Positions 15,087 to 24,244 of a stretch of DNA of 64,000 nt are shown here, in pieces. The notes below the pieces were generated by a model. It did no database searches, was not told the DNA's origin, and worked only from the letters and a program-made list of their open reading frames with translations. How positions within the stretch are numbered: position 1 is the first letter of the stretch; every line of letters begins with the position of its first letter. This DNA is from a virus (taxonomy: Duplodnaviria > Heunggongvirae > Uroviricota > Caudoviricetes > Herelleviridae): the IMG/VR virus record IMGVR_UViG_2706795462_000001. One strand, given 5' to 3'. A program made the translations under genes and the position numbers.

Positions 15087-15545
15087 TATAATTCCTCCTC
15101 TATATAATCAACTGTTTTAATATACTCACTATTTTTTAGTACCTTTTTCACATTTTCACTAATAAATTTTTCTTGCTCTATTTCATCTATTTTTGTCTGT
15201 ATTCTAAGATACAACACTTTGGGAACACAGGCAGGGTTTTGTAATTCTTCTTCTGTAACTGAGTTTGTAAAACTTGCCATTCCATCATTAGCTAGAATAA
15301 GACCATCTGTAATTCTAGTTAATTTATCTCCATTAGGTTTATAATATATAACTTCGTAAACCTCTTCATCTTTAAATAACTCTTCACGAGGTATTCTTCT
15401 AGAGGAGAAGCTATAACCATTTTTAAAGGTGATAATTGTATTTTGAGTTTCTCTTAAAAATACTCTTAAAGTATTTTCAAAAATATCCCATTTTTTCTTT
15501 TCTTCATCTGTTATAGTTATATTTTCCTTGCTTTTTTTTAAACAT
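15086..15545 (-). CDS. hypothetical protein, interrupted by 1-nt frameshift in T8 run 15532-15539
   Basis: RBS AGGAGGAATAATAACG then ATG (MFKK..) stops after a few codons; frame of ORF 15086..15280 stays open up to that ATG if the T8 tract is read as T7, giving one 153-aa protein. Confidence 0.45.
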
Positions 15546-15550
15546 CGTTA

Positions 15551-15982
15551 TTATTCCTCCTCTTCTTCTATAGAATTACTTTCCGTAATAGTTACTTCTA
15601 GCATACTATTGTAATACTCATTCTTTTGATTAATATTATAGTTATCATTATATTCATTGAAGTCTACATAAATGTATTCATTTGTTCCATTTTCATAAAT
15701 AATATCTATAGCTGTAATATCTGAGTACGCTGTAATCATTTCATAAGCATTTGTATTATCAGGGTAAGCAAAACCAACTTGAGGTATTTCTTTAGGCTTA
15801 TTAATGAGAATACCAAAGTAAGTACAATGACGTGTTCTATTTATGTGTGAAGTCCCTTTATACGTACCATAGTAATTTATTCCTTCTGTAACACCTTCTA
15901 TATGGAACCTGTTTACATCTTTAGGTTCTAACCTTACTACATCACAATTTTCTAATACTAAGTCTATATATTTTATATTCAT
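15551..15982 (-). CDS. hypothetical protein
   Basis: RBS AAAGGAGAATTAAAATG; 143 aa. Confidence 0.55.
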   Translation of the reverse strand: MNIKYIDLVLENCDVVRLEPKDVNRFHIEGVTEGINYYGTYKGTSHINRTRHCTYFGILINKPKEIPQVGFAYPDNTNAYEMITAYSDITAIDIIYENGTNEYIYVDFNEYNDNYNINQKNEYYNSMLEVTITESNSIEEEEE

Positions 15983-15997
15983 TTTAATTCTCCTTTT

Positions 15998-16491
15998 TTA
16001 TTTGTATTTGTTGTATACACAATGTACTCGAACGTCTTCCATTACTTTACCTAATAGATTCTGACCTTTCCAGTTACTCTCATCTAATATTTTAGGGTCA
16101 CTTTCTTTAAGACCTACTCCCCATATTTTATCATAAGGTGATGCCTCTACGAAATCTTTACGTAAATCTGTATCGAGTATTTCCCGTTTTAGTGTGTAGT
16201 CATAAATTTATCTTTAACCACTTCTACCATAATGTCATATCTTACCTTATTCCATTGCTCTTCATTAAAATTACGAACTTTACGTCCTAGACTTTTAGCA
16301 TGGTTCGGATTTTTAGCATTTAATATTTCCCCTGCTATTTGCCAGTCTTTAAAATATTGCGCTTTGCGCCACATAAAAGCTTGTTCTGAGTTATTAAATG
16401 TTCTTCCTTTATGTTTAAATGCTATTGGGTAAAAGTTAGAATAAATATCTTCCTTACCCCAAAACATAATGTATCTGCTTGTTTCTCTCAT
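15998..16491 (-). CDS. NADAR-family (YbiA-like) protein, interrupted by 1-nt frameshift near 16204
   Basis: N-part ..FYPIAFKHKGRTFNNSEQAFMWRKAQYFKD..AKSLGRKVRNF..W.. matches NADAR/DUF1768. After stop at 16189 the next frame reads KREILDTDLRKDFVEASPYDKIWGVGL..WKGQNLLGKVMEDVR, the typical NADAR C-terminus. Confidence 0.6.
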
Positions 16492-16503
16492 AATATCTCC
16501 CCT

Positions 16504-16908
16504 TTAATTCCATAATGATGGTAACACAATTTTGAAATTATCTAATATTTTATTTTGTACTTGTTCAAGCTCATCATACTTATCCATATCAAAATCATCC
16601 ATTTCTTCATGATAATATTGTATTAAGCTTAAAATATGTTTTATCATATCTATTTGTGTTCTTTCTTCACCATCTACATCTACAAAAGTATTCCATTCCA
16701 TATCTATACAAGAACGTTCACTACTTTCTATAAAGGCATTTAAATCGGCATATAATTGAACAAAAAAGGACATATCATAGTTCCAATACTTAGGTTCATT
16801 TCTTCCTAATTTTTTATTCATTTTTTTATACTTTCTATTTCTCTTTAACCCAAAAACTTCTTTTTCAAAATCATTTAATTTTAAACCTTTAAAATATTTT
16901 TTCTTCAT
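16504..16908 (-). CDS. hypothetical protein
   Basis: 134-aa ORF. Confidence 0.5.
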   Translation of the reverse strand: MKKKYFKGLKLNDFEKEVFGLKRNRKYKKMNKKLGRNEPKYWNYDMSFFVQLYADLNAFIESSERSCIDMEWNTFVDVDGEERTQIDMIKHILSLIQYYHEEMDDFDMDKYDELEQVQNKILDNFKIVLPSLWN

Positions 16909-16910
16909 AT

Positions 16911-17612
16911 CTAATCCTCCAATTTAATAAGTGGTAAATCTATATCTCTAAATACAGAACCTACGTCACATAGCAGTATATCATTATGTTCTTCTACTTC
17001 ACCACTACTAGTAGGTGTATGACCACATACATATATAAATCCATCTTTTCTAGGTTGGAAGTCTCTAGACCATATTAACTGGTCTACTGTTTGCTCTTCT
17101 ATAGGTTTCCAACTAACTCCTCCTGAATGGGAAAATATATACTTACCTTCTTTATAATACCTTCTACAATTAACCATAAATATTTTAAATTTTCTATAAT
17201 CTTCAGATTCTTTAAGTTTCTTTAGTTCACTTTTAATAAAATCATAATGATTTCTTAAATTATCTTCTACACTTTTATATTTTAAAGTTACAGTACTAAC
17301 ACCGTAAGAGTTAAGTGTTTCTATACAATACCTTGATAACCATTCAATATCATAGATACTTAACCGGTCTACGTTTTCCATAATACTATAAAACTCATCA
17401 TCGTGATTTCCTAATAAAGCTACTACATTATCATCATTTGATAATAAATCAAACATGTAGTTAACAACGTCTTTTGACCTTTTACCTCTATCTACATAAT
17501 CACCTAGAAATACTACTGTTTCTTCAGGTTTTCTCTCTTCATTTATCTTATCCATAATTTTCAGTAATTTATTGTATTCTCCGTGAATATCCGGAACCAC
17601 GTATATAGCCAT
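16911..17612 (-). CDS. Ser/Thr protein phosphatase (calcineurin-like metallophosphoesterase, lambda-PPase type)
   Basis: Motifs DIHGE, GDYVDRG, GNHD in canonical order and spacing; RBS AGGAGGAG. Confidence 0.8.
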   Translation of the reverse strand: MAIYVVPDIHGEYNKLLKIMDKINEERKPEETVVFLGDYVDRGKRSKDVVNYMFDLLSNDDNVVALLGNHDDEFYSIMENVDRLSIYDIEWLSRYCIETLNSYGVSTVTLKYKSVEDNLRNHYDFIKSELKKLKESEDYRKFKIFMVNCRRYYKEGKYIFSHSGGVSWKPIEEQTVDQLIWSRDFQPRKDGFIYVCGHTPTSSGEVEEHNDILLCDVGSVFRDIDLPLIKLED

Positions 17613-17666
17613 TTAATCTCCTCCTTATTGTATATAACTATCTTACCATACTTAGTAAAAAAAGTC

Positions 17667-17698
17667 AATAAAAAACACCTATTAATGAAAATAGGTGT
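17667..17698 (-). terminator. rho-independent terminator (minus strand) downstream of the tRNA cluster
   Basis: ACACCTATT-aatgaa-AATAGGTGT with T-run on the minus strand. Confidence 0.55.
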
Positions 17699-18171
17699 CC
17701 GACAGAGCTCCCGTACTTAGATTACGGTTAATATTATTTTAAGACAATTATATGAGACCCTCTGTTGTTGAAACGCTCGTCACTGCGTTATACCACAAGA
17801 TATTTTAGAAGGTAGCTTGTGGGAAGATAGATAGTTTTTTTATTGTACTTAATTTATACACTCTCAAAAGTACATGTGTACTATATATTTATACACCTAG
17901 CGTTTGGTGTTAGATACGGAATGGAAGGGTACTACCATCCGGAGTCTACGGTCAGATACAAAGCCTCTGCCGGGCAACATACGGTATCTCTCGTACATCA
18001 GGTTGACTAGACCTTTAGAGATTTTCACTCCTTCTCTTATAACCAGTAACTTAAGAGAAATAGGTTTTACTTAGTAGATATGAAACAATAAATCCACATA
18101 TAATATTAAATCATAGTCAAGTGATTGCACATATGTCTAATACCTATAAGTTTTTTGGCTAGCCTGGTATA

Positions 18172-18243
18172 TGGACTCTGTAGGATTCGAACCTACAGTC
18201 AAACCGTTATGAGCGGTTGGCTTTACCTTTAAGCTAAGAGTCC
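18172..18243 (-). tRNA. tRNA-Met (CAT)
   Basis: Hand-folded: acceptor GGACTCT/AGAGTCC, D-stem GCTT/AAGC, anticodon stem AACCG/CGGTT with loop CTCATAA, T-arm GTAGG-TTCGAAT-CCTAC; 72 nt. Confidence 0.8.
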
Positions 18244-18250
18244 TAGAAAT

Positions 18251-18316
18251 ATCCTGAGAGAGGACTCGAACCTCAACGACTAGGTAGCTACAACTAGCCA
18301 GTGCCATTACTCAGGA
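18251..18316 (-). ncRNA. tRNA-like remnant (66 nt; acceptor and T-arm only)
   Basis: TCCTGAG/CTCAGGA acceptor pairing and GAGG-TTCGAGT-CCTC T-arm directly 5' of tRNA-Met; too short for a D-arm and no 5+7+5 anticodon arm. Confidence 0.35.
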
Positions 18317-18522
18317 TTGCTAGTAACGCTAAATAGAGTCATAGCGTTACCGTAGACCTTTTCTACGCTTGGTAGATAGGTAAAATATAATGATTTCAAA
18401 GTACCTATATAGTCAGGCTCTTACTCTCATTATAAGGTTAAAAAGGTTAACTGTGTTTAGCATTATATAAGAGGCTTTAGTTAACTACTATACTAATAGT
18501 ATATCATAAATAGTACTTAGTG

Positions 18523-19071
18523 TCAAGATAATTTATCAATTGAATCCATAATTTTGGATGTACTTCTTATATCCGCTTCTTTACTGTGTTTAAGAATATA
18601 TTTTAATTTCATTAGAAAATAATTCTTTTCATTTTCTATAATATCTTTCTTGTTACTATATTCTGAATACATCATAAATTCTATTCCTATACTATTTCTA
18701 TTATTTGAAAGAATATGTATAGAGAATGTTGAATCAAAATTTCTATCATCTTTATTAATACTAAAACATTCAGTAACATCTAAGTCATTTATTTCATATA
18801 CCTCAAAGTATCCATCAACTCTTTTAAGTTCAAGATAGCTATTGTACCTATAATAACGTTGTTCCTCTATTAACTTTTCTTTTGTTAGGTAAGGATATTC
18901 ATTTATAAATATAGGATTACTTGTTCCATAGTTATCTTTAATATATTCCGCATCTTCTAAGGAATCAGTATAACCTAGAACTTCATAACTTGTTGTATAC
19001 ACAGTATCTTCTTCCCACAAGTCATAGTCCATTTCCTCTATTTCTTCCTCTAGTATATAAATTTTTTTCAT
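18523..19071 (-). CDS. hypothetical protein
   Basis: 182-aa ORF. Confidence 0.55.
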   Translation of the reverse strand: MKKIYILEEEIEEMDYDLWEEDTVYTTSYEVLGYTDSLEDAEYIKDNYGTSNPIFINEYPYLTKEKLIEEQRYYRYNSYLELKRVDGYFEVYEINDLDVTECFSINKDDRNFDSTFSIHILSNNRNSIGIEFMMYSEYSNKKDIIENEKNYFLMKLKYILKHSKEADIRSTSKIMDSIDKLS

Positions 19072-19077
19072 ATATTA

Positions 19078-19294
19078 CTCCCAAACACCAATAAGATTTT
19101 TAAGTTTAGCTATAACCTCTTCTTCTGTTTGATAAGAAAATACTCCTGTAATGTGTTCATAGTTACCTACAATTTCATAATCCTGTGTACCATGTCTGTC
19201 TACTAGATACGAGTTACCCATAACATTTAAACTATCCTCTGAATAACTGAAATTTATATTATAGTCTACTAAAAAATTAATAATTTTTTTTCAT
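19078..19294 (-). CDS. hypothetical protein (72 aa), interrupted by 1-nt frameshift in T8 run 19284-19291
   Basis: RBS AGGAGAGG then ATG (MKKN stops). With T7 the frame reads MKKIINFLVDYNINFSYSEDSLNVMGNSYLVDRHGTQDYEIV..IGVWE to the stop at 19078. Confidence 0.4.
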
Positions 19295-19489
19295 TTACAT
19301 AACCTCTCCTATCGGATATTGTCCTAACATTCTTGTTCCATTTTCATTATAAAAAGTATATTCTACTACAATAATATTCATCATATCTACATATATAGCT
19401 TCTATATAAGGTGTAATATTTTCTTCTTCTTGTATATGCTTACCTATAATATCATATAATAATTCAGAGTGTATTCTTTTATCTCTCAT
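19295..19489 (-). CDS. hypothetical protein
   Basis: 64-aa ORF. Confidence 0.45.
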   Translation of the reverse strand: MRDKRIHSELLYDIIGKHIQEEENITPYIEAIYVDMMNIIVVEYTFYNENGTRMLGQYPIGEVM

Positions 19490-20217
19490 TGTAGACCTCC
19501 GTAAGAAATGCTACAGTCTTATCTTTTAAAGATTTTTCTACTAGTTCCATAGCATCTTTATAATGTTTTATGCTAGATTCATTAGATTTAAGTTTATCTT
19601 TTACTTCTTGGATTAAAGGTTCTACTTTATTAACCAAATCTTTTTTCTTTTCAATACTTACATTACTTCTCTTGTTATCTAATACTTCTTTTGGTATATA
19701 CTTAACTTTTGCAAAGTCTTTATAGCTAACATTTAAGTTATCTAAATCATCTAATAAATCATTATAATATTCTAAATGATTATAGAATGTGTAAAACTTA
19801 ACAAGGTCTTTACCAGTTAATTCTTCTTTTTTTAATATATTATTGATATTACCAATAACAGAGTATGCTATAGGCTTAAAATTAGCTCTAACATAAGTTA
19901 AAAATATAAAATCATCATAAAACAAGTCTAAAACAGTTTTATTGAATCTAGTGTTTTTAGCTTGCTCTAATTGAGCACATAAATTAAGAACATTATCAAA
20001 TCCACTCTTTAATACCAAAGAAATAAATCTCTCCACTGCATAGTATCGAGATACTTCTGTATGTTTACTTGCCTTTTCACTATTTCTAAATATAGTATCT
20101 GATAAAGGTTGAACTACTAAACTCATGTAATCTTTATCTGAATACTCATCTGATGTTCCTTGATAGGTACTTCCAAATTCTATTGTTGATAATAAGAAAC
20201 TTTTTTTCTAAGTTCAT
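19479..20217 (-). CDS. hypothetical protein, interrupted by 1-nt frameshift in T7 run 20201-20207
   Basis: RBS AAAGGAGGG then ATG 20215-20217 (MNLEKK..) stops. The frame of ORF 19479..20126 is open upstream (..STIEFGSTYQGTSDEYSDKDYMSLVVQPL) and joins that ATG if A7 is read as A6. Confidence 0.5.
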
Positions 20218-20395
20218 TATAACACCCTCCTTTTACTTGTTATTTAAATAATAACATATGTTGATAGTAATGTCAAACATTAAATATCTTCTGTTGTGTC
20301 AACTTCATCTTGTTTATATTTAAAGTGTTCATAAACTTTAAATAAAATAACCCCTAGTGTTATTAATCCTAAAATATATTTCATAACAATCCTCC

Positions 20396-20644
20396 TTAAT
20401 AACCGTGTTTAGTTACCCATCCTGCTAAAGCATCCATAGCCATATCATATTCTTCTTCATTTTTAATTTTTATAATTTTCTCTATTTCTTCTTTTGCTTG
20501 TTTAGAATTCATAAAATCAATATCTACTGTATCTAAATTTGTATAATCAATATTTTCTTTTATAAACTCTTTTTGCGGTAGGGTTATAGAATTAACTCGT
20601 ACATTTTCGTGATTTAAAAATTGATAGAAGTCCATACTATTCAC
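20396..20644 (-). CDS. hypothetical protein
   Basis: 82-aa ORF. Confidence 0.5.
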   Translation of the reverse strand: MNSMDFYQFLNHENVRVNSITLPQKEFIKENIDYTNLDTVDIDFMNSKQAKEEIEKIIKIKNEEEYDMAMDALAGWVTKHGY

Positions 20645-21023
20645 CTTCTTTTAAGCAGTCTGCCATATTTTTTAAAGTATTAAGTACATATTTCAAATCT
20701 CTATAATAACTATCAGAAAAACTAATAACAGCATACGGTGTCATATCACTATAGTGTGCACAATCAAAACCTAATACCCTATAGTCACCCTCATGTTCAT
20801 CGTATGTTATACCTCCATGAGAACAATCTTCTATACTATTAAATTGTTCTTTGGTTATATTCGTAGGTACATTAATATAACCATTTAGATGTCCTGAATG
20901 AGGATGACGTTTAACCGTTAATTCTATACCTCTATAATCTATATTTAAAGTTAAGTCCTCTCCTAATATATTATCCTCTTTGGCTATAGTTTTCATAACA
21001 TGTTCCGGTGCTTTTTCAAACAT
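20637..21023 (-). CDS. hypothetical protein
   Basis: 128-aa ORF; RBS AAAGGAGG. Confidence 0.55.
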   Translation of the reverse strand: MFEKAPEHVMKTIAKEDNILGEDLTLNIDYRGIELTVKRHPHSGHLNGYINVPTNITKEQFNSIEDCSHGGITYDEHEGDYRVLGFDCAHYSDMTPYAVISFSDSYYRDLKYVLNTLKNMADCLKEGE

Positions 21024-21081
21024 AATGTATACCTCCTTTTATTTATAATTCTACTATACACTACTTTTTCTATTTTGTCAA

Positions 21082-21110
21082 CAAAAAAAGGCTACTAATT
21101 AAAGTAGCCT
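21082..21110 (-). terminator. rho-independent terminator (minus strand)
   Basis: AGGCTACT-loop-AGTAGCCT with T7 on the minus strand. Confidence 0.6.
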
Positions 21111-21120
21111 TAAAAATTAA

Positions 21121-21294
21121 TTATTTAGCGTTGTAAGACCAACGCCAGTAACCGTTTTTCTGTGAGAACTCAAAGTGAAAACCATCATAGTCAAATTCAA
21201 TATTATAGTCTCCATCTTGAAGTGGTTTTGAATTTAGTACAGGACTATTACTCTTTGCCAATTCTGCTAGAAACTCATGATTTACTTTTTCCAT
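21121..21294 (-). CDS. hypothetical small protein (57 aa)
   Basis: RBS AGGAGGAATAA then ATG; MEKVNHEFLAELAKSNSPVLNSKPLQDGDYNIEFDYDGFHFEFSQKNGYWRWSYNAK; terminator 21082-21110 follows. Confidence 0.5.
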   Translation of the reverse strand: MEKVNHEFLAELAKSNSPVLNSKPLQDGDYNIEFDYDGFHFEFSQKNGYWRWSYNAK

Positions 21295-21334
21295 AGGGTT
21301 TATTCCTCCTAATTATTCTTACAGTACTAATATA

Positions 21335-21817
21335 TCACAGGTCTTTTTCTAGGTCGTTTTTAAACTTCTCCTCATAAGAGCTAGCATAAGTAACCTCATA
21401 TCCTATTATCTTAGTATAATCTATGCAAAGTAATTTATAATTGGATTTTACTTTAATATCTTCTGATTGTTCTATTTTGTTGATAATTTCATTTAGTTCA
21501 TCTGAAGAGTAGTGTTCATTATCAACTTTTATTGTTTTTCCTTGGGTATAGATATCAATTTCTTGTATCATCATTTCATCCTTTTGATTATTCATTATTT
21601 GATTATAAGTTTCTAAATCATCAATATTATCTGTATCTGAACCTTTTACTAACCATTCTCCTCTCTTTTTAAGGAGGTCATCAAACTTCTCATGCTCTTT
21701 AATTATCTTCTCTACTTCACTTGGTATTAGAACAGCTCTAGCGTAATTTATATGCCACATAGACATATTATCAATAAGATAATTAACCATTCTTATAAGT
21801 TCCTTCTCATTTGCCAT
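21335..21817 (-). CDS. hypothetical protein
   Basis: 160-aa ORF; RBS AAGGAGG. Confidence 0.55.
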   Translation of the reverse strand: MANEKELIRMVNYLIDNMSMWHINYARAVLIPSEVEKIIKEHEKFDDLLKKRGEWLVKGSDTDNIDDLETYNQIMNNQKDEMMIQEIDIYTQGKTIKVDNEHYSSDELNEIINKIEQSEDIKVKSNYKLLCIDYTKIIGYEVTYASSYEEKFKNDLEKDL

Positions 21818-21866
21818 ATACCAACCTCCTTATATCTAATACTAATATAAGAGAAAAGCAGACTTA

Positions 21867-22409
21867 TTAAAAGTCTGCTTCTGTACCTAATTCTAATCTT
21901 CTATTTTTCATATGAGGAATCGTTTTTCTATCCCCTGTTAATAGAGATAATTCTCTAGCTTTTTCTTTAGATAATGTTAATAGTCCATTATAATTATCTA
22001 CTTTACTATTATATTGTCTTACTAAGTACTCTAGCTCATCTTCTATATCTGATAGTTCTCCTGATTTAACCCCAAGTAACTTTCTATACATATCATAATC
22101 TTCAGAAAGACTTTCTACTTTATTTTTAGATACAGAATCATAAACTGCTTGTAAATTACCTTCTTCAATAAGTTTAAAGTTATGTTCACCTATGATTAAT
22201 TCTTCCTCAGAAGAATCAAGTGTCACTAATCCACTTGTATTACCTGTAAAGTCACCTTTATAATCTACAACAATACCTTCAGTTACTTTGTCACCTAATT
22301 CAATAGTCCCATCTTCATTTTCTTTAAATTTATGAGCATCATATACTTCTACTTTGTCACCTAATCTCAAATCTTGAGTTAAGTTATGTTTACCAATAAT
22401 TCTATCCAT
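21867..22409 (-). CDS. hypothetical protein
   Basis: 180-aa ORF. Confidence 0.55.
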   Translation of the reverse strand: MDRIIGKHNLTQDLRLGDKVEVYDAHKFKENEDGTIELGDKVTEGIVVDYKGDFTGNTSGLVTLDSSEEELIIGEHNFKLIEEGNLQAVYDSVSKNKVESLSEDYDMYRKLLGVKSGELSDIEDELEYLVRQYNSKVDNYNGLLTLSKEKARELSLLTGDRKTIPHMKNRRLELGTEADF

Positions 22410-22939
22410 TACTCAATATCTCCTTTATTAATAGGGTCTTGTGTTAAGAACATTTCTAGATTCTCTTTTGTAATAGGTAACCAAAAATATTTACTTTCCG
22501 GAATTGTAACTGTATAGAAATCCTCATCATTGTTAACTTTAATATTAACATCTGTAAACTCATCCTGCATTAACCAATGAGTTACAGTTAAATTATATGA
22601 ACCATCACTAACATAACCTAAATCAATATCATGTCTAAAAGCTAAATCTTCTAAGTGCTCTAATAAATCATTCTTTTTATTTTGTTCTTCTTCTGTATTA
22701 TTTTTGATTGGATTAATTAACTCTGTACAAACGATATCATACAACTCACCATCTGTAACTTCATAATTCTTTTCTATTAATACATCTTGTATTTTATTGA
22801 TTGAATTTGTAACTACTGCTCCATATTCTTCTTCTGTAAAATTACATTTATCTAAATCAACATCTGTAATTAATTCTGCAATCCATTTATTTAAAATTGA
22901 TACCGCCATTGTTCTAGAAATAATACTATCATATACCAT
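22409..22939 (-). CDS. hypothetical protein
   Basis: 176-aa ORF. Confidence 0.55.
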   Translation of the reverse strand: MVYDSIISRTMAVSILNKWIAELITDVDLDKCNFTEEEYGAVVTNSINKIQDVLIEKNYEVTDGELYDIVCTELINPIKNNTEEEQNKKNDLLEHLEDLAFRHDIDLGYVSDGSYNLTVTHWLMQDEFTDVNIKVNNDEDFYTVTIPESKYFWLPITKENLEMFLTQDPINKGDIE

Positions 22940-23108
22940 ATTTATTTAATCTCCTTGTTTAGGTGAATGTGGTCTTCTAATGAAAAATCAAAAGGCGCTA
23001 CACCGTTTCTTTTATTGTTTGTTTCTTTTTTAAGTATAACATAAGTTAGTGAAAAAGTCAAGATAGTTACTACAACCATTAATAAAAGTTTAATTAGATT
23101 CTTCATAA

Positions 23109-23387
23109 TTACTCTAACTCCTTAAGTTTATTTTTTACTTTTTCTTTATCATACTTATAATCTTTGTCTGAGTTTTCATTTTTTTCTTTCTCTTCTTCAT
23201 TAAGTTCTCTGTATTGAGCTTCTTCTACCTCTTGTTCCTTATTATCTTTGCCTGCGTCTGCTTTTTGAATTTCTACATTTTTACTACTACCGCCACTCAC
23301 CTTTTTTCTAAAAAGAAACCAAAGTATTAATAAAATGATGAGTAAAATAATAACGCTTAATACAACCGCCCAAATATTATTAGCCAT
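23109..23387 (-). CDS. membrane-anchored charged protein
   Basis: N-terminal TM helix then K/E-rich tail. Confidence 0.5.
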   Translation of the reverse strand: MANNIWAVVLSVIILLIILLILWFLFRKKVSGGSSKNVEIQKADAGKDNKEQEVEEAQYRELNEEEKEKNENSDKDYKYDKEKVKNKLKELE

Positions 23388-24232
23388 TACAACCTACCTC
23401 CAAATAGTTTTTTTACAGCTCTTAAGTTTTCTGATGACTCATTGTTTATATGAATACCTGTACTTGAATCGAAAATAACAGCATTATCAAGTAAGTGTTC
23501 TTTAAGTTCATTTTCATAACTTCCTTTACCTACTACACTACCATAACCATCGTGTGTTAAATCAGTCATATCAGATTCAACTTCTAATACTCTAAACGAT
23601 ACTCTACGTAAAAATGATGGGTTTACTAAGTAAAAGGATGATTTAAAAACATTTAATCTTTGATAAGAATGTTTTATATTAACAACAAACCCAGTAAGTT
23701 TATCATTATAACTTGAGTTTGATAGCTTACCTAAATATAAATTTATACTATACCCTTTTGTTTCTAAAGTTTGTATAGCACTAAGCAGTATAGCACCTCT
23801 ATAAGCAAGATTCTCAGGGTCTTCCATCCAACTTATACTAGAATTATAGAATACATCAATAACTTTCTTCTCTGCTTTAACTCTCTGTTGAGACATCATA
23901 GAATTAGGTAAACCTTTTATAGCGTTAGGTACATGAGGCTGATAACCTTCAGGAGCCACAACTGGTTTTCTTTTTACAGATTTATCCATTCTAAATAATG
24001 CATCTGTCATCTTTTTAAGCTTAACAACCATATCATAGGACTCTCTATCTCCTTTAACCATTAAGTTATAGGCTTCATTAAAGCTATGAGTGCCTGTGAA
24101 GTCGTAGCTACCTGTATCTGATGAATTGTCTCTACCTGAAACTCTATTCTTTTTTAAAGCAGAAAAGAAATCAGGTAGACCATCATATTTAATTACATTT
24201 AATTCTGAGTTATCTATTAATCGTCTACCCAT
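23387..24232 (-). CDS. hypothetical protein, immediately downstream of the AAA+ ATPase (likely partner)
   Basis: 281-aa ORF translationally coupled to 24245..25408. Confidence 0.55.
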   Translation of the reverse strand: MGRRLIDNSELNVIKYDGLPDFFSALKKNRVSGRDNSSDTGSYDFTGTHSFNEAYNLMVKGDRESYDMVVKLKKMTDALFRMDKSVKRKPVVAPEGYQPHVPNAIKGLPNSMMSQQRVKAEKKVIDVFYNSSISWMEDPENLAYRGAILLSAIQTLETKGYSINLYLGKLSNSSYNDKLTGFVVNIKHSYQRLNVFKSSFYLVNPSFLRRVSFRVLEVESDMTDLTHDGYGSVVGKGSYENELKEHLLDNAVIFDSSTGIHINNESSENLRAVKKLFGGRL

Positions 24233-24244
24233 TGTTTTTTCCTC

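Noticed and set aside
18251-18316. Fourth functional tRNA next to tRNA-Met (tRNA-Trp expected from related phages)
   Set aside because: Only 66 nt between perfectly pairing acceptor arms. No D-arm and no 5-7-5 anticodon stem-loop can be drawn, and no CCA anticodon is present. Kept as a tRNA-like remnant.
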